IMG/VR virus record: IMGVR_UViG_3300032050_008696
Location: 1-58,865 of that record
Direction: 5' to 3' (one strand)
DNA from: a virus
Lineage: Duplodnaviria; Caudoviricetes
DNA: 58,865 nucleotides
Part shown: positions 14,767 to 24,634 of the stretch, one piece after another
Position numbering within the stretch: the first letter of the stretch is position 1
Layout of the letters: every line of letters starts with the position of its first letter
Position numbers and translations under genes: made by a program
The notes under the pieces: model-generated
Told to the model about the DNA's origin: nothing
Seen by the model: the letters and a program-made list of their open reading frames with translations, nothing else
Database searches by the model: none

Positions 14767-15354
14767 GTGGACCAATACAATAAATTTCTATTAGAAGCAT
14801 ACCGCGGCGGACTACGTGCTTGGTTTGGTAAAGGACCAGTAGGTAGTTCAAGTGGTGGGGGATGGGATCGTTATGACAGTACCGGTAAAAAGGCCGGTAA
14901 ATGTGGTGACGCTAAACAAGGCAGTAGTTACAGCGCTTGTTTAGGTAAAAAATACGCAGCAAGATTAAGAGCTAAAGGTGGCAAAAAAGCTATAGCTAAT
15001 TGGGTTAAACGAAAGAAATCGGCTCAACGTGCTGCTGGTAGAGGAGAAAAAGGTAGTGGTAGTAAAGGACAATCTCCGGTCAGAGTAAGTTATAAAGAAG
15101 AACTAAGTGAAATATTTGTTATAAACCATAAAGACGAATTGAAAAAAGACCTAATTCAGTTTCTAAAACAAGAATTTCAAAAAGGAGAATTGAAACCAAT
15201 TCACTTGGGAATAAGCACCACCGAATTTAAACCTGACGACTGGTTAGACGAAATCGCTGAGAATTTAGTGAATCGTTTAATTTCATACTTTGAAACGATA
15301 CGAAGTCAAACTGAAAAAGACATGTATTCACCGGCGACCGTATCGGACAATTAA
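14767..15354 (+). CDS. Modular basic phage protein (probable GTG start)
   Basis: GGLRAWFGKG..GGW..C..C module flanked by LLE and YKE/LSE. The longer 14683 start would span the terminator. Confidence 0.65.
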   Translation: MDQYNKFLLEAYRGGLRAWFGKGPVGSSSGGGWDRYDSTGKKAGKCGDAKQGSSYSACLGKKYAARLRAKGGKKAIANWVKRKKSAQRAAGRGEKGSGSKGQSPVRVSYKEELSEIFVINHKDELKKDLIQFLKQEFQKGELKPIHLGISTTEFKPDDWLDEIAENLVNRLISYFETIRSQTEKDMYSPATVSDN

Positions 15355-15411
15355 GATTATAATATTAAATGTTGTTGATTGTAAACTAGTTATATAGTAA
15401 AGTATAAAGAT

Positions 15412-15711
15412 ATGAGTTACTATATTAAAGATACAACAATAAACAAAGTTCTCACATTTACTGACCCAAATGAAGTGGTTAGTTATTTAGAAAATCTTTG
15501 TCGTAAACAACTTAAAAAAACCCGTAAGGAAATGATGTTTGAGATGGAAAGTCTCGGTCACGGGTATGATGATCCACAGGGTGTAAACTTTACAACCATG
15601 ATGGGTGAATATTTTGAAGTTGGTGCTTTAAAGAAAGATGGCAGAATGGTACGTACCAACATTCATGAGTTGGCTAGAAATTTGAAATATCGTAAAGAAA
15701 TGGGTGATTGA
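15412..15711 (+). CDS. Hypothetical protein
   Basis: ORF heading a coupled run. Confidence 0.65.
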   Translation: MSYYIKDTTINKVLTFTDPNEVVSYLENLCRKQLKKTRKEMMFEMESLGHGYDDPQGVNFTTMMGEYFEVGALKKDGRMVRTNIHELARNLKYRKEMGD

Positions 15712-15714
15712 TAT

Positions 15715-17319
15715 ATGATTAACTTGGATATCAAGTGGTCAGATCCAGTTCAAATCGAAAAAAACGGAGATATAACATTTCAACGTGAATGGATAATTAG
15801 TCCCGTTTATCTAAACCAATTCTTCGCTTACTGGAAAGTAAACAAACTTGCTTTAAAAAGCAAAGGATATGGTGTAGTCAAAAGAGAAAATGACTGGGTT
15901 CTCACAGAAACCAAAGATAATCCAACACTATTCAGAGATCCAAAAAAACCCAAACAAAAAATAGACGAATCACTTCCAGATTATGAAGTTAAAAATCCAG
16001 ATGGATTACGTCCATGGCAAGTTAATGCTGTCAGTAAAATAGTATCGTCTATCAAAAAGTGGGGAGCTGCCGTAGACGGAAGTGACGTTGGCATAGGCAA
16101 AACCTATACAGCCACAGCTGTAGCTAGAGAACTCAATATGGACATTATGATAGTATGTCCAAAAGCAGTAAAAGAAAGTTGGAAACGTGTCGTTAAGAAT
16201 CATTTTAAAATGTGGGGTAAGTGTGTGGGTATTACCAACTATGAAGCCTTACGTACAGGCAAAACAGATAACATATTTGCATCATATGTAAAACGTAGAG
16301 ATACCCACCGTAAAGAATTCGTCTGGAAAATACCAAAAAACACTATCATTGTATGGGATGAGGCACAAAAGTTAAAGAATGCCAAAACCAAGAATAGTGA
16401 AATGTGTATGGCAGCACTCAAACAAGGTTATAAGATGTTGTTTTGTAGTGCTACTATGGCTACCAATCCGCTTGAACTACGTACAGTAGGACAATGTATT
16501 CAGTTGTTCAAGAACAATAAACAATATTACGAATGGGCATATGCACATGGTGTTACTAGGGGTAGATTTGGACTAGAATTTCGCGGTAATATAGATGCTT
16601 TAAAGAAACTAAGTAATGACATATTTGTTAACAGAGGCGTTCGTCTCAATCGTGATACCATTCCTAACTTTCCAGAAAGTCAAATTATCGCAGAATGTTA
16701 TGAAATGGAAAAAGAAGATCAAGACAAGATCAATTCAGCATACGAAGAAATGCAACTTGAATTGTTAAAGATCGAAAAACTACTAAAGAAAGATAAAAGA
16801 AGCAGTGAACTTACAGCAATACTAAGAGCTAGACAAAGAGTAGAAATGATCAAAGTTCCACTCTTCGTTGAAATGGTAGAAGAGGCTCTAGAAAACAATA
16901 TGAGTGTTGCTGTGTTTCTAAACTTCTCAGAGACTATTGAAGCACTTAGTCAAAGATTGAATACTAAGTGTGTTGTTAACGGTGAAGCTAAATATGCCAA
17001 ACACCGTCAACAAAACATAGACGATTTTCAGGCAGATAAACAAAGGGTTATATTAATAAATCTCGCCGCTGGTGGTGCGGGATTGAGTCTACACGATGTT
17101 ACTGGTAAGTATCCTCGTTTGGCGTTAATCAGTCCATCATATTCAGCTGTGAATATGAGACAGGCAACCGGTAGAGTATGGCGTGATAGTGCTAAGAGTA
17201 AAAGTATACAAAAGATTGTGTTTGTGTCAGGCACAGTCGAAGAAAAAGTATGTAACAGTGTAAATCAAAAGTTAGCTAACTTGGATTTACTAAACGATGG
17301 AGATATGAATTATGTCTAA
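15715..17319 (+). CDS. SF2 (SNF2-like) helicase
   Basis: LRPWQ, GIGKT, DEAQ, SAT, GLSL, QATGRVWR. Confidence 0.9.
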   Translation: MINLDIKWSDPVQIEKNGDITFQREWIISPVYLNQFFAYWKVNKLALKSKGYGVVKRENDWVLTETKDNPTLFRDPKKPKQKIDESLPDYEVKNPDGLRPWQVNAVSKIVSSIKKWGAAVDGSDVGIGKTYTATAVARELNMDIMIVCPKAVKESWKRVVKNHFKMWGKCVGITNYEALRTGKTDNIFASYVKRRDTHRKEFVWKIPKNTIIVWDEAQKLKNAKTKNSEMCMAALKQGYKMLFCSATMATNPLELRTVGQCIQLFKNNKQYYEWAYAHGVTRGRFGLEFRGNIDALKKLSNDIFVNRGVRLNRDTIPNFPESQIIAECYEMEKEDQDKINSAYEEMQLELLKIEKLLKKDKRSSELTAILRARQRVEMIKVPLFVEMVEEALENNMSVAVFLNFSETIEALSQRLNTKCVVNGEAKYAKHRQQNIDDFQADKQRVILINLAAGGAGLSLHDVTGKYPRLALISPSYSAVNMRQATGRVWRDSAKSKSIQKIVFVSGTVEEKVCNSVNQKLANLDLLNDGDMNYV

Positions 17320-17650
17320 ACAAAACAACAAATACTTGGTAAAATCTGCTAACTGGTCTATGACTGTTAGTATCAATGAAGAAATATTTGACGATCCTCA
17401 TATTGAAGCGTGTACGAGGTGTATTGAAGAAAAAATAAAGTCCTTACATATGAATGATGATTTTCTTGTTAACCCAATTATGTTTGTTAAAAGTTTAAAA
17501 CGTAAAAACAGTAGAGAAAAAATCGTTAATACATACAAAGTATTACTAAATGCAGGTTTTCCAAGCAGAGCAGAAACTCTACGCAGAATATTTTTTGACA
17601 CAACCGAAGTGGATTTAGCAACCGAACCACTATCTTCATCTAAATTCTAA
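17312..17650 (+). CDS. Hypothetical protein
   Basis: Coupled ORF. Confidence 0.6.
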   Translation: MSKQNNKYLVKSANWSMTVSINEEIFDDPHIEACTRCIEEKIKSLHMNDDFLVNPIMFVKSLKRKNSREKIVNTYKVLLNAGFPSRAETLRRIFFDTTEVDLATEPLSSSKF

Positions 17651-18396
17651 TGGACAATATATTTGATCAACAACAAATTGCAAAAAAGTTAGAAGAACTT
17701 GATGCTCTAAAAGCTAAAGTAGAACAATTAATATCTTTAAGTGAACTTGGTCAAGACGTTAAAAAAGAACTTGATGAGTTTAAAGAATTACGTTCTAAAG
17801 GTGTAACAATTCCACATTTAGAAAAGCAATTTGCTGATCAGATATATCCTAAACGACCAAATCTTGGTAGATATAGTAAACCTATTACCCAGTCTGAAAT
17901 TCAAGAAGCTATTGATAGAGCACCATCCGCTAAAATGGCAGCAAAACTTTTGGGTGTTTGTTATTTGACGTTCAAAACACACGCTAGAAAATATGGTATA
18001 CACGTAACAAAAGGATGGCCAATTGTTAAAGGTACAAAAGCACCACGAAGTTTAAGTAATCCACACGTAGGAAAATATCCTATCAACGACATTCTGGATG
18101 GCAAACATCCAGATTTTCCAATACACAGATTAAAAGATAAATTGATACGTTCTGGTATAAAAAAAGCAGAGTGCGAACAATGTGGATTTCACGAAAGAAG
18201 AATTACCGATGGCAAATTGCCATTATTGTTGAACTTTGAAGACGGTAATAACAAAAATCATAAATTAGAAAATATGAGACTTCTTTGTTATAACTGTACA
18301 TTTACAAGTGGTAAAGGATATATAAGTAAAGGACCAAAAATATTTGATCCAGACACATTACAAGATAGTAAAAAAATACTAAAACAAAGATTCTAA
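17650..18396 (+). CDS. HTH plus degenerate HNH domain protein
   Basis: AAKLLGV...KYGI HTH. CEQCG...LLNFEDGN..N...ENMRLLCYNC. Confidence 0.72.
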   Translation: MDNIFDQQQIAKKLEELDALKAKVEQLISLSELGQDVKKELDEFKELRSKGVTIPHLEKQFADQIYPKRPNLGRYSKPITQSEIQEAIDRAPSAKMAAKLLGVCYLTFKTHARKYGIHVTKGWPIVKGTKAPRSLSNPHVGKYPINDILDGKHPDFPIHRLKDKLIRSGIKKAECEQCGFHERRITDGKLPLLLNFEDGNNKNHKLENMRLLCYNCTFTSGKGYISKGPKIFDPDTLQDSKKILKQRF

Positions 18397-18397
18397 C

Positions 18398-18865
18398 ATG
18401 AGCAACTATCAACACCTATTATCAAAACATGGTATATTAGTTTCATTTAACATTGCTAGAAGAATCAAGCCGTCACAAATAAATGCTATAAGGAAACGAC
18501 TAGAAAAAAATAGCGCTGATCCTAAAAAGATTGAAAAACAAATAAGTAAAGAAGTAAAAAAACGTACAGAAAAATATCTTGATGAAAACGATATACCAGG
18601 TATGGTTACACAAGATTATCGTGGAGAAAAAATAGTAATCAATCCAAAAATACAAAGAAAAATATTATCTCTTGCTAATAAAGTAGTTGACTTTGCTAGA
18701 ACAAATAACTTTTCAAAAGAACATATAATATTTTTTATTCAAGCAGTATTTCACTTGTTAAAAATAACAAATGAAGACATGGAAAAATTCAAACAAAAAT
18801 ATAATATTAATCAAGACTCGGACGATGACTATTTAGATGAAGACGGTGATGAGCCTGGATTTTAA
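18398..18865 (+). CDS. Hypothetical protein with acidic tail
   Basis: Coupled ORF. Confidence 0.6.
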   Translation: MSNYQHLLSKHGILVSFNIARRIKPSQINAIRKRLEKNSADPKKIEKQISKEVKKRTEKYLDENDIPGMVTQDYRGEKIVINPKIQRKILSLANKVVDFARTNNFSKEHIIFFIQAVFHLLKITNEDMEKFKQKYNINQDSDDDYLDEDGDEPGF

Positions 18866-19977
18866 TGAAACTTATGGAAATATTAAATATTAATGATGTT
18901 ATACCCTTTATTGAAGGTAAAAAGGTTATATTTGTTACTGGTGTTACTGGACAAGATGGCAGTCACATGGTTGATTACCTATTAGCAAATACCGATTATT
19001 TTATTGTGGGCGGTGCTAGAAGATTGAGTATCAAGAATCACGAAAATATAAAACATCTTGAAACTAACACAAGATTCAAATTGGTAAACTTTGATTTGAG
19101 TGATGCTCACAGTATCAGTAAAATAGTAGAAAAGTTAAAACCAGAATATTTCATTAATTTAGCCGCACAAACATTCGTAGGTAGCAGTTGGGACTTTCCA
19201 GCACAAACGTGGGAATGTAATACCACAGGTGTAATTCATATACTTGAAGCAATTCGTCAACACAAACCAACTTGTAGATTCTACAATGCTGGTAGTAGTG
19301 AAGAATATGGTAATGTAGCCTACACTCCACAAGATGAAAATCATCCATCCAAACCGCGTAGTCCATATGGAGCTAGTAAATCAGCGGCTAGACAATTAGT
19401 AAAAGTATACAGAGAAAGTTATAATCTATATGCAGTACAGGGTTTATTATTCAATCATGAAGGTACTAGAAGAGGTGAAGAGTTTGTTACTCGTAAAATT
19501 ACCAAAGGTGTAGCTAGAATCAAAAAAGCTATATTAGAAGGTAAATCATTTGAACCTATTGAACTTGGTAACGTAAAAGCAAGAAGAGATTGGAGTGATG
19601 CCGAAGACTTCGTTGACGGTATATGGAAGATGTTGAATCAAGAAACCCCAAATGAATATGTGTTATCAAGCAATGAAACACATACCATTGCCGACTTTGT
19701 ATATTACGCATTTAAAGCAGCTGGTATCGAAGGTGGATGGCACGGCGAAGCCGAATCGTCAGAATTTAGTATTACTACACAAGATGCTTTGAAGTATGAT
19801 CCCGTAGCATCTGTATTGGTTAAAATCAATCCAAAGTTCTATAGACCAGCCGAAGTAGAATTGTTATTGGGTGATAGTACAAAAGCTAGAAACGAATTAA
19901 AATGGTCACCAAAAACATCTTTTGAACAACTTATAGATAAGATGGTTAAAAACGATTTAACTCAAGTTGGACTATAA
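18865..19977 (+). CDS. gmd: GDP-mannose 4,6-dehydratase
   Basis: GVTGQDGS, PRSPYGASK, FNHE..RRGEEFVTRKI, YRPAEVELLLGD. Confidence 0.95.
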   Translation: MKLMEILNINDVIPFIEGKKVIFVTGVTGQDGSHMVDYLLANTDYFIVGGARRLSIKNHENIKHLETNTRFKLVNFDLSDAHSISKIVEKLKPEYFINLAAQTFVGSSWDFPAQTWECNTTGVIHILEAIRQHKPTCRFYNAGSSEEYGNVAYTPQDENHPSKPRSPYGASKSAARQLVKVYRESYNLYAVQGLLFNHEGTRRGEEFVTRKITKGVARIKKAILEGKSFEPIELGNVKARRDWSDAEDFVDGIWKMLNQETPNEYVLSSNETHTIADFVYYAFKAAGIEGGWHGEAESSEFSITTQDALKYDPVASVLVKINPKFYRPAEVELLLGDSTKARNELKWSPKTSFEQLIDKMVKNDLTQVGL

Positions 19978-19988
19978 TTATAAAGTAT

Positions 19989-20387
19989 ATGAGTGAATCT
20001 TATACATTATATAACGAAACAGTAATGGATCATTTTATTAACCCCCGTAATATGGGTGACATAAAAGAACCCGACGCCGTTGGTGAAGTAGGAGCGGCAG
20101 CATGTGGTGATATAATGAAGATTAGTCTTAAGATCGACGATACAACCAGAAAGGTTGTTGATGCACGATTCAAGACATTTGGTTGTGGTAGTGCTATCGC
20201 AGCTTCATCAATGGCTACCGAATTAATAAAAGGTAGAACAATAGATGAACTTGAAAAAAACTTTAGCAATGATAATATTGTAGAAGCATTGGGTGGTTTA
20301 CCGCCTGTAAAAATTCATTGCAGTGTACTAGCACACGAAGCACTCAGTGCAGCATTAGAAGATTACAAAAAAAGAAAAGGAATATAA
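19989..20387 (+). CDS. iscU: Fe-S cluster scaffold IscU/NifU-N
   Basis: DHFINPRNMG, ACGD, FKTFGCGSAIA, LPPVKIHCS. Confidence 0.95.
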   Translation: MSESYTLYNETVMDHFINPRNMGDIKEPDAVGEVGAAACGDIMKISLKIDDTTRKVVDARFKTFGCGSAIAASSMATELIKGRTIDELEKNFSNDNIVEALGGLPPVKIHCSVLAHEALSAALEDYKKRKGI

Positions 20388-20390
20388 GTT

Positions 20391-20657
20391 ATGTTTAACA
20401 ATAAAATTGACGGAATGAATCAAACACCAACTCTTAACTTTGGTTTAAAAGATACCAAACCAGTACAATGTACCGATTGTAAAGGCGAAGTGTTTCAAAA
20501 CGGAGTTCTATTTAGAAAAGTAAGTAAAATACTTGCTGGTACTGATAAAGACGCTTTAGTACCTATCACAATACCATATTGTGTAAACTGTATGGCTCCA
20601 TTGGATGAACTACTACCACCCGAACTGAAACAACCAAAGTTTAGCTTAGAACAATAA
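20391..20657 (+). CDS. Zinc-ribbon protein
   Basis: CTDC...CVNC. Confidence 0.65.
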   Translation: MFNNKIDGMNQTPTLNFGLKDTKPVQCTDCKGEVFQNGVLFRKVSKILAGTDKDALVPITIPYCVNCMAPLDELLPPELKQPKFSLEQ

Positions 20658-20690
20658 AAAAACAAAACCCTCGTAAGAGGGTTTTTTGTT
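20657..20690. terminator. Bidirectional terminator between convergent runs
   Basis: aaaaccctc-gtaa-gagggtttt flanked by A and T tracts. Confidence 0.88.
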
Positions 20691-21027
20691 ATCCAAACAA
20701 CATAGTCTTGGGAGTGACCTTTTCTTCTCTAACTCCCATTCGACCCTTAAGCATTCTTAACGCTGATTTCGGATTCATCGTACCGAAGTTAAATCCAACA
20801 ATACCATACTTGGTACAAAACTCTTCTAATTCTTGAATATCTTTAGGATCGTATTCTTGAACCGGAGTATTAATATATCCTGTTTCATCTTGTATATTTG
20901 ACTGTTTACGTCTCAACATAGCTTGATATGGATCAAAACCATTACTAGCAGGCACAGGCGCATTCTGTTGACGTATTACCATCATAGCTTGTAAGTTACC
21001 CATACCTACTGTAGGCCACTCTTCCAT
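20689..21027 (-). CDS. Hypothetical protein
   Basis: ORF. Confidence 0.65.
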   Translation of the reverse strand: MEEWPTVGMGNLQAMMVIRQQNAPVPASNGFDPYQAMLRRKQSNIQDETGYINTPVQEYDPKDIQELEEFCTKYGIVGFNFGTMNPKSALRMLKGRMGVREEKVTPKTMLFG

Positions 21028-21029
21028 AA

Positions 21030-22646
21030 TCAGAAGTAATAATTAAACCCAAAATACTCTGCTAAGAATCTCTTCAAGAATTCAGAGTTTCTACCTTTCA
21101 ATTCTTTACCACCTGCATATCTCTTATATTGAGCTTTCATACCTTCAAGATCATTCTTTAATGCTGCTTGAGTAAATTTAGGAAACTTCTTTAGTGTACC
21201 CATATTGAACACAAAGTCAATAAACATTTCTTCTTGTTGAGGTGTCAATTTAACATTACCAAGCTCTTTATAAACTTGTTGTTTTGCTTTAGCTAAATCC
21301 GTTTTCAACAAAGATTCAGCTTGAGCATCTGTAATACCCTTACTAAAGTTTTCACCTGGTTGTATCTTATGACCATATCCAATGGTATCACTACCGCCTT
21401 CAAAACTCTTATGTGGAAACCACAGTTTCTTTTCTGCATTATATCCAACTTTGCCTTGGTTTTCTACTTTTTTGATATAGTCAATGAAAGATCCAACAGA
21501 TTTTTGAACAGATTGAGTTATAGCAGCTTGATCGGTTGGTTTTACCTTAGAAGCATCAACTTTACCGGTCATTGCGCCCAATCCAATTGCACCAGCAGCT
21601 ACCCAATCTTTCCAACCTTCTTCAAGTTCATGAGCAATTTTCACTTCGTCCAGCTTTCTACCTGATGGACCAAAGTGATCAAGGTGGTGATACACATCGT
21701 CCAAGTATTCACCGGCCAAGTTTAACTTAGCTTTTACCCAGTCCTCCAACTCAGAGTTTGGTTGCAACATTCCCTCTAATTCTTTAGCGTCACTGTTGAG
21801 TTGTTTTAAAGCACCCATTGCCATGCTACTATTAAACTCCTTCAACATATGACGTACAACCACTTCATATATTTCTCTTACTGGTTTACTTTTAGTTTTT
21901 TTACCCATCTGTCTTAGTCTTCTGGCCTTACAATGTGCCTTTTGACTAAAACCCTTGGGGTTACTACAATTGATACTCTTCTTGTAGTTCATTGTCCACT
22001 TTTCATCTATCTGATTATCAGGAGTACCAGCTTCCTTTTCATCACGATAAAACTTCAAATAATCTCTTACAGTAGCTACATAATCACATGCATGATTTAA
22101 TTTAGCTTTAACCCAATCTTCCAAGTTATCATCAGTACTAAACATCGATTGTAGTTTTTCACTATAATCAATAATCTTGGTAACATCACTTTGTGCCATT
22201 TCAGCATTTTCCAACTTTACTTTACGAGGATGTAAATGTTTAGTATCTTTATTAATTGGATGTTCTTTTTTTCCAAAACCAGTAGACATATTGTTCATCC
22301 ACAAATCATGTGTTAACTTTTTCTTTTTTTCATTAATAATATTATCCATAGATGGATCTCTCCAATTTTTCATATCAGCTCTACCAGATTGATGTATTTT
22401 TAATAAATCACTTGATGTAAAAGAATACTTTAACAATGCTTCTAATTTAGAAGTTAGTTCTGGAAATCTATCACCTAATCCCACGATTATAGACTTCACA
22501 GAACTCGTTGTGACAATATCACTGAGTGGAGTTTTAGCTTTTCCTAACATCTTGATCTTTTCAAGTTTAGAAATCATTTTTAAAGCATAATTCTTATAAG
22601 ATTGATATGCTTTATAATCTGATGTATCGGGATTATCTCCAATCAT
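21030..22646 (-). CDS. Multi-module protein with C-terminal phage lysozyme (GH24-like)
   Basis: KKVEN...DTIGYGH...ITDAQAESLL..DL...DFVFNMG. Two LEDWVKAKLN repeats and an SINCSNPKGFSQKAHC module. Confidence 0.8.
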   Translation of the reverse strand: MIGDNPDTSDYKAYQSYKNYALKMISKLEKIKMLGKAKTPLSDIVTTSSVKSIIVGLGDRFPELTSKLEALLKYSFTSSDLLKIHQSGRADMKNWRDPSMDNIINEKKKKLTHDLWMNNMSTGFGKKEHPINKDTKHLHPRKVKLENAEMAQSDVTKIIDYSEKLQSMFSTDDNLEDWVKAKLNHACDYVATVRDYLKFYRDEKEAGTPDNQIDEKWTMNYKKSINCSNPKGFSQKAHCKARRLRQMGKKTKSKPVREIYEVVVRHMLKEFNSSMAMGALKQLNSDAKELEGMLQPNSELEDWVKAKLNLAGEYLDDVYHHLDHFGPSGRKLDEVKIAHELEEGWKDWVAAGAIGLGAMTGKVDASKVKPTDQAAITQSVQKSVGSFIDYIKKVENQGKVGYNAEKKLWFPHKSFEGGSDTIGYGHKIQPGENFSKGITDAQAESLLKTDLAKAKQQVYKELGNVKLTPQQEEMFIDFVFNMGTLKKFPKFTQAALKNDLEGMKAQYKRYAGGKELKGRNSEFLKRFLAEYFGFNYYF

Positions 22647-22651
22647 ATATT

Positions 22652-23827
22652 TTACTTCTTCTTTAATTTACGTAGTGTGAGTGCTAATCTAGCACGTTGT
22701 CCTAATTTACCACCTTGTTTTGCAGCCGATTTCAATTTGTCAAGTGGAATGTTTTTATCTTTACCTACATGTAATTGTTTGTGTAAAGCACCTTTTTTGG
22801 CAATCGCTTGTTGAATCCATTTCTTCTTTTCATTCATAGTGCCTGGAACGTGAGTACCAGGTACACCTAGAACTTCATCAAGTTGATCTGGAGGTAGTTG
22901 ATCATCTGACATAGTTGGTGCCTCGTCTTGAGCAGCATCTTGTGCGTCTCCTTGGGCATTTACATCTTCCGGACCAGCTGGTGTTTGAATTTGTTCTGGT
23001 TCGGGTTGTAATTGAGCCATTAATAAATCGTGTAGCTTTTGGGCTAAATCTTTATCAAGTGTAATGGTTACCGTTTCTTTGTCAGCTTCAACGCCAACTT
23101 CATCTTCGGCTTCCAATATAATCTTTCTAATTGCTTCTTTTAGTTTATCTTTCATAGTTGTTTGTTTATTTTCTGCATATCCTACAAAATCATATCCACT
23201 TCCACCTGTACCGGTACCTTCTGGAGAAGCTGATGATGGAAACGGACTATCCATGGCTTGAGCTGGATAAGCTTCACTCATTCTCCACCCACCGCCCTTA
23301 CTCTTATACCATCTAGCTGCCCATCCGTTAGCATAAGCACTTGGATAAACATCAAATTTAGCTCTTGCAGCGGCTTTAGCTCTAGCCCAAAGTGCTGGAT
23401 TGGTTGGTTTTGGTTTCTTTTTACCTTTCTTTTCGTCTAGTTCTATATCAATGGTTTTATTAATTATAGGTTCACTTCTTCTACCTGTTACTTGTCCATT
23501 TGGAGTTTCTCCCATTTTTCCGTGCATATTTCCTTTCTTTAAACCATCATTGCCTGTCCTTGAAGGATCGTTGATACCTGTGGTTGGATCACCAAATCCT
23601 GAATTGGTTTCTGGTTGAAATTCTTTGGCTAAACCAGCATCTACTAATTTAGTATAATATTTAGGATCTTCTGTCAAATGATCCATAGCTATATCCTTCG
23701 CAATCGCAGGATCGTTTGTGTGCTCCATTTCTATTTGTACACCTATACTAAGTTGAGCAGGATCTACTTTATCAGTACCGGTTGTATCACCTACACCACC
23801 AGGCAATTTTGTTAAATTATTAATCAT
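22652..23827 (-). CDS. Multi-module phage protein (DUF5661-like, DUF5872-like and C-terminal basic modules)
   Basis: G..IEMEHT.D...A..IAMDHL.EDP.YY.KL; KFDVYPSAYANGW....YKSKGGGW; KKWIQ..I...GALH..L. Family names recalled, not searched. Confidence 0.7.
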   Translation of the reverse strand: MINNLTKLPGGVGDTTGTDKVDPAQLSIGVQIEMEHTNDPAIAKDIAMDHLTEDPKYYTKLVDAGLAKEFQPETNSGFGDPTTGINDPSRTGNDGLKKGNMHGKMGETPNGQVTGRRSEPIINKTIDIELDEKKGKKKPKPTNPALWARAKAAARAKFDVYPSAYANGWAARWYKSKGGGWRMSEAYPAQAMDSPFPSSASPEGTGTGGSGYDFVGYAENKQTTMKDKLKEAIRKIILEAEDEVGVEADKETVTITLDKDLAQKLHDLLMAQLQPEPEQIQTPAGPEDVNAQGDAQDAAQDEAPTMSDDQLPPDQLDEVLGVPGTHVPGTMNEKKKWIQQAIAKKGALHKQLHVGKDKNIPLDKLKSAAKQGGKLGQRARLALTLRKLKKK

Positions 23828-24035
23828 TTTTTAAACCTTGTTGAAATTTGTCAAAACTTTTGCCACTACCAGCGCCTGGATCAATCATCCATCTACGACC
23901 TCTCATAGGTTCGCTACCTAGACTTGGGTCGTGAAATGTACCGTCGCCAATATAATGCCATCCTTTATGTAATGGTTCTGGCTTACGATACTTTGGTGGT
24001 CCGTCTTTAGCAAAATTTCTCATAATCAACTCCAA
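23820..24035 (-). CDS. Hypothetical protein
   Basis: Coupled ORF. Confidence 0.55.
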   Translation of the reverse strand: MELIMRNFAKDGPPKYRKPEPLHKGWHYIGDGTFHDPSLGSEPMRGRRWMIDPGAGSGKSFDKFQQGLKND

Positions 24036-24559
24036 TTTCTACGTTGTTTCTTCTTTTCATGTAAATCTCTCATTATTTCAGCAATAGCTTTTTCTTGCGG
24101 AGTACGATAATCTTCTGGTTTTGTTATTTCATCACCATCTTGAATATCCAACATATGTAGTTTGCTGTAATATTGAGGGTCTTTTTTAAGATTATTTACA
24201 ACGTTTTGTTTGGCCACTTGTTTATCCTTTAGTACTAGTTTTTTCATTTCGTAGTCAATACCAGCAAGTACTTCATCAGGAGTGACTTTATATTTTATTT
24301 GTTGTACGTCACCCGCATAATCTTTAGGATTCTGGCCTGTATAAGGTCCAAACGGAGCAATTACCTGCATAGATTCTTGATCGGTAGCAGTAATCTTACT
24401 TTTATCGGTTAATGTGCCAAAGTTACTTGGATCTTGACTCACATCCGGACTAGTAAAGGTTGAAACATCAGAAGCACCGGAAACAGCTCCACCTTGATTA
24501 TAAGGCAATCCTTGCATCATTCTGTCGCCGAGATCTCCCAATTCTTGTAGTTTAGACAT
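24026..24559 (-). CDS. Hypothetical protein with degenerate DUF5661-like module
   Basis: GIDYEM...A...V..NL..DPQYYSKL aligns with the module in 22652-23827. Confidence 0.65.
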   Translation of the reverse strand: MSKLQELGDLGDRMMQGLPYNQGGAVSGASDVSTFTSPDVSQDPSNFGTLTDKSKITATDQESMQVIAPFGPYTGQNPKDYAGDVQQIKYKVTPDEVLAGIDYEMKKLVLKDKQVAKQNVVNNLKKDPQYYSKLHMLDIQDGDEITKPEDYRTPQEKAIAEIMRDLHEKKKQRRNWS

Positions 24560-24634
24560 AATACATATAAATATACAAAAAAAATTCTTTATAAGTAAAA
24601 TGTACGGTTTATACCAAATTGTGTTTGTTAAAAA

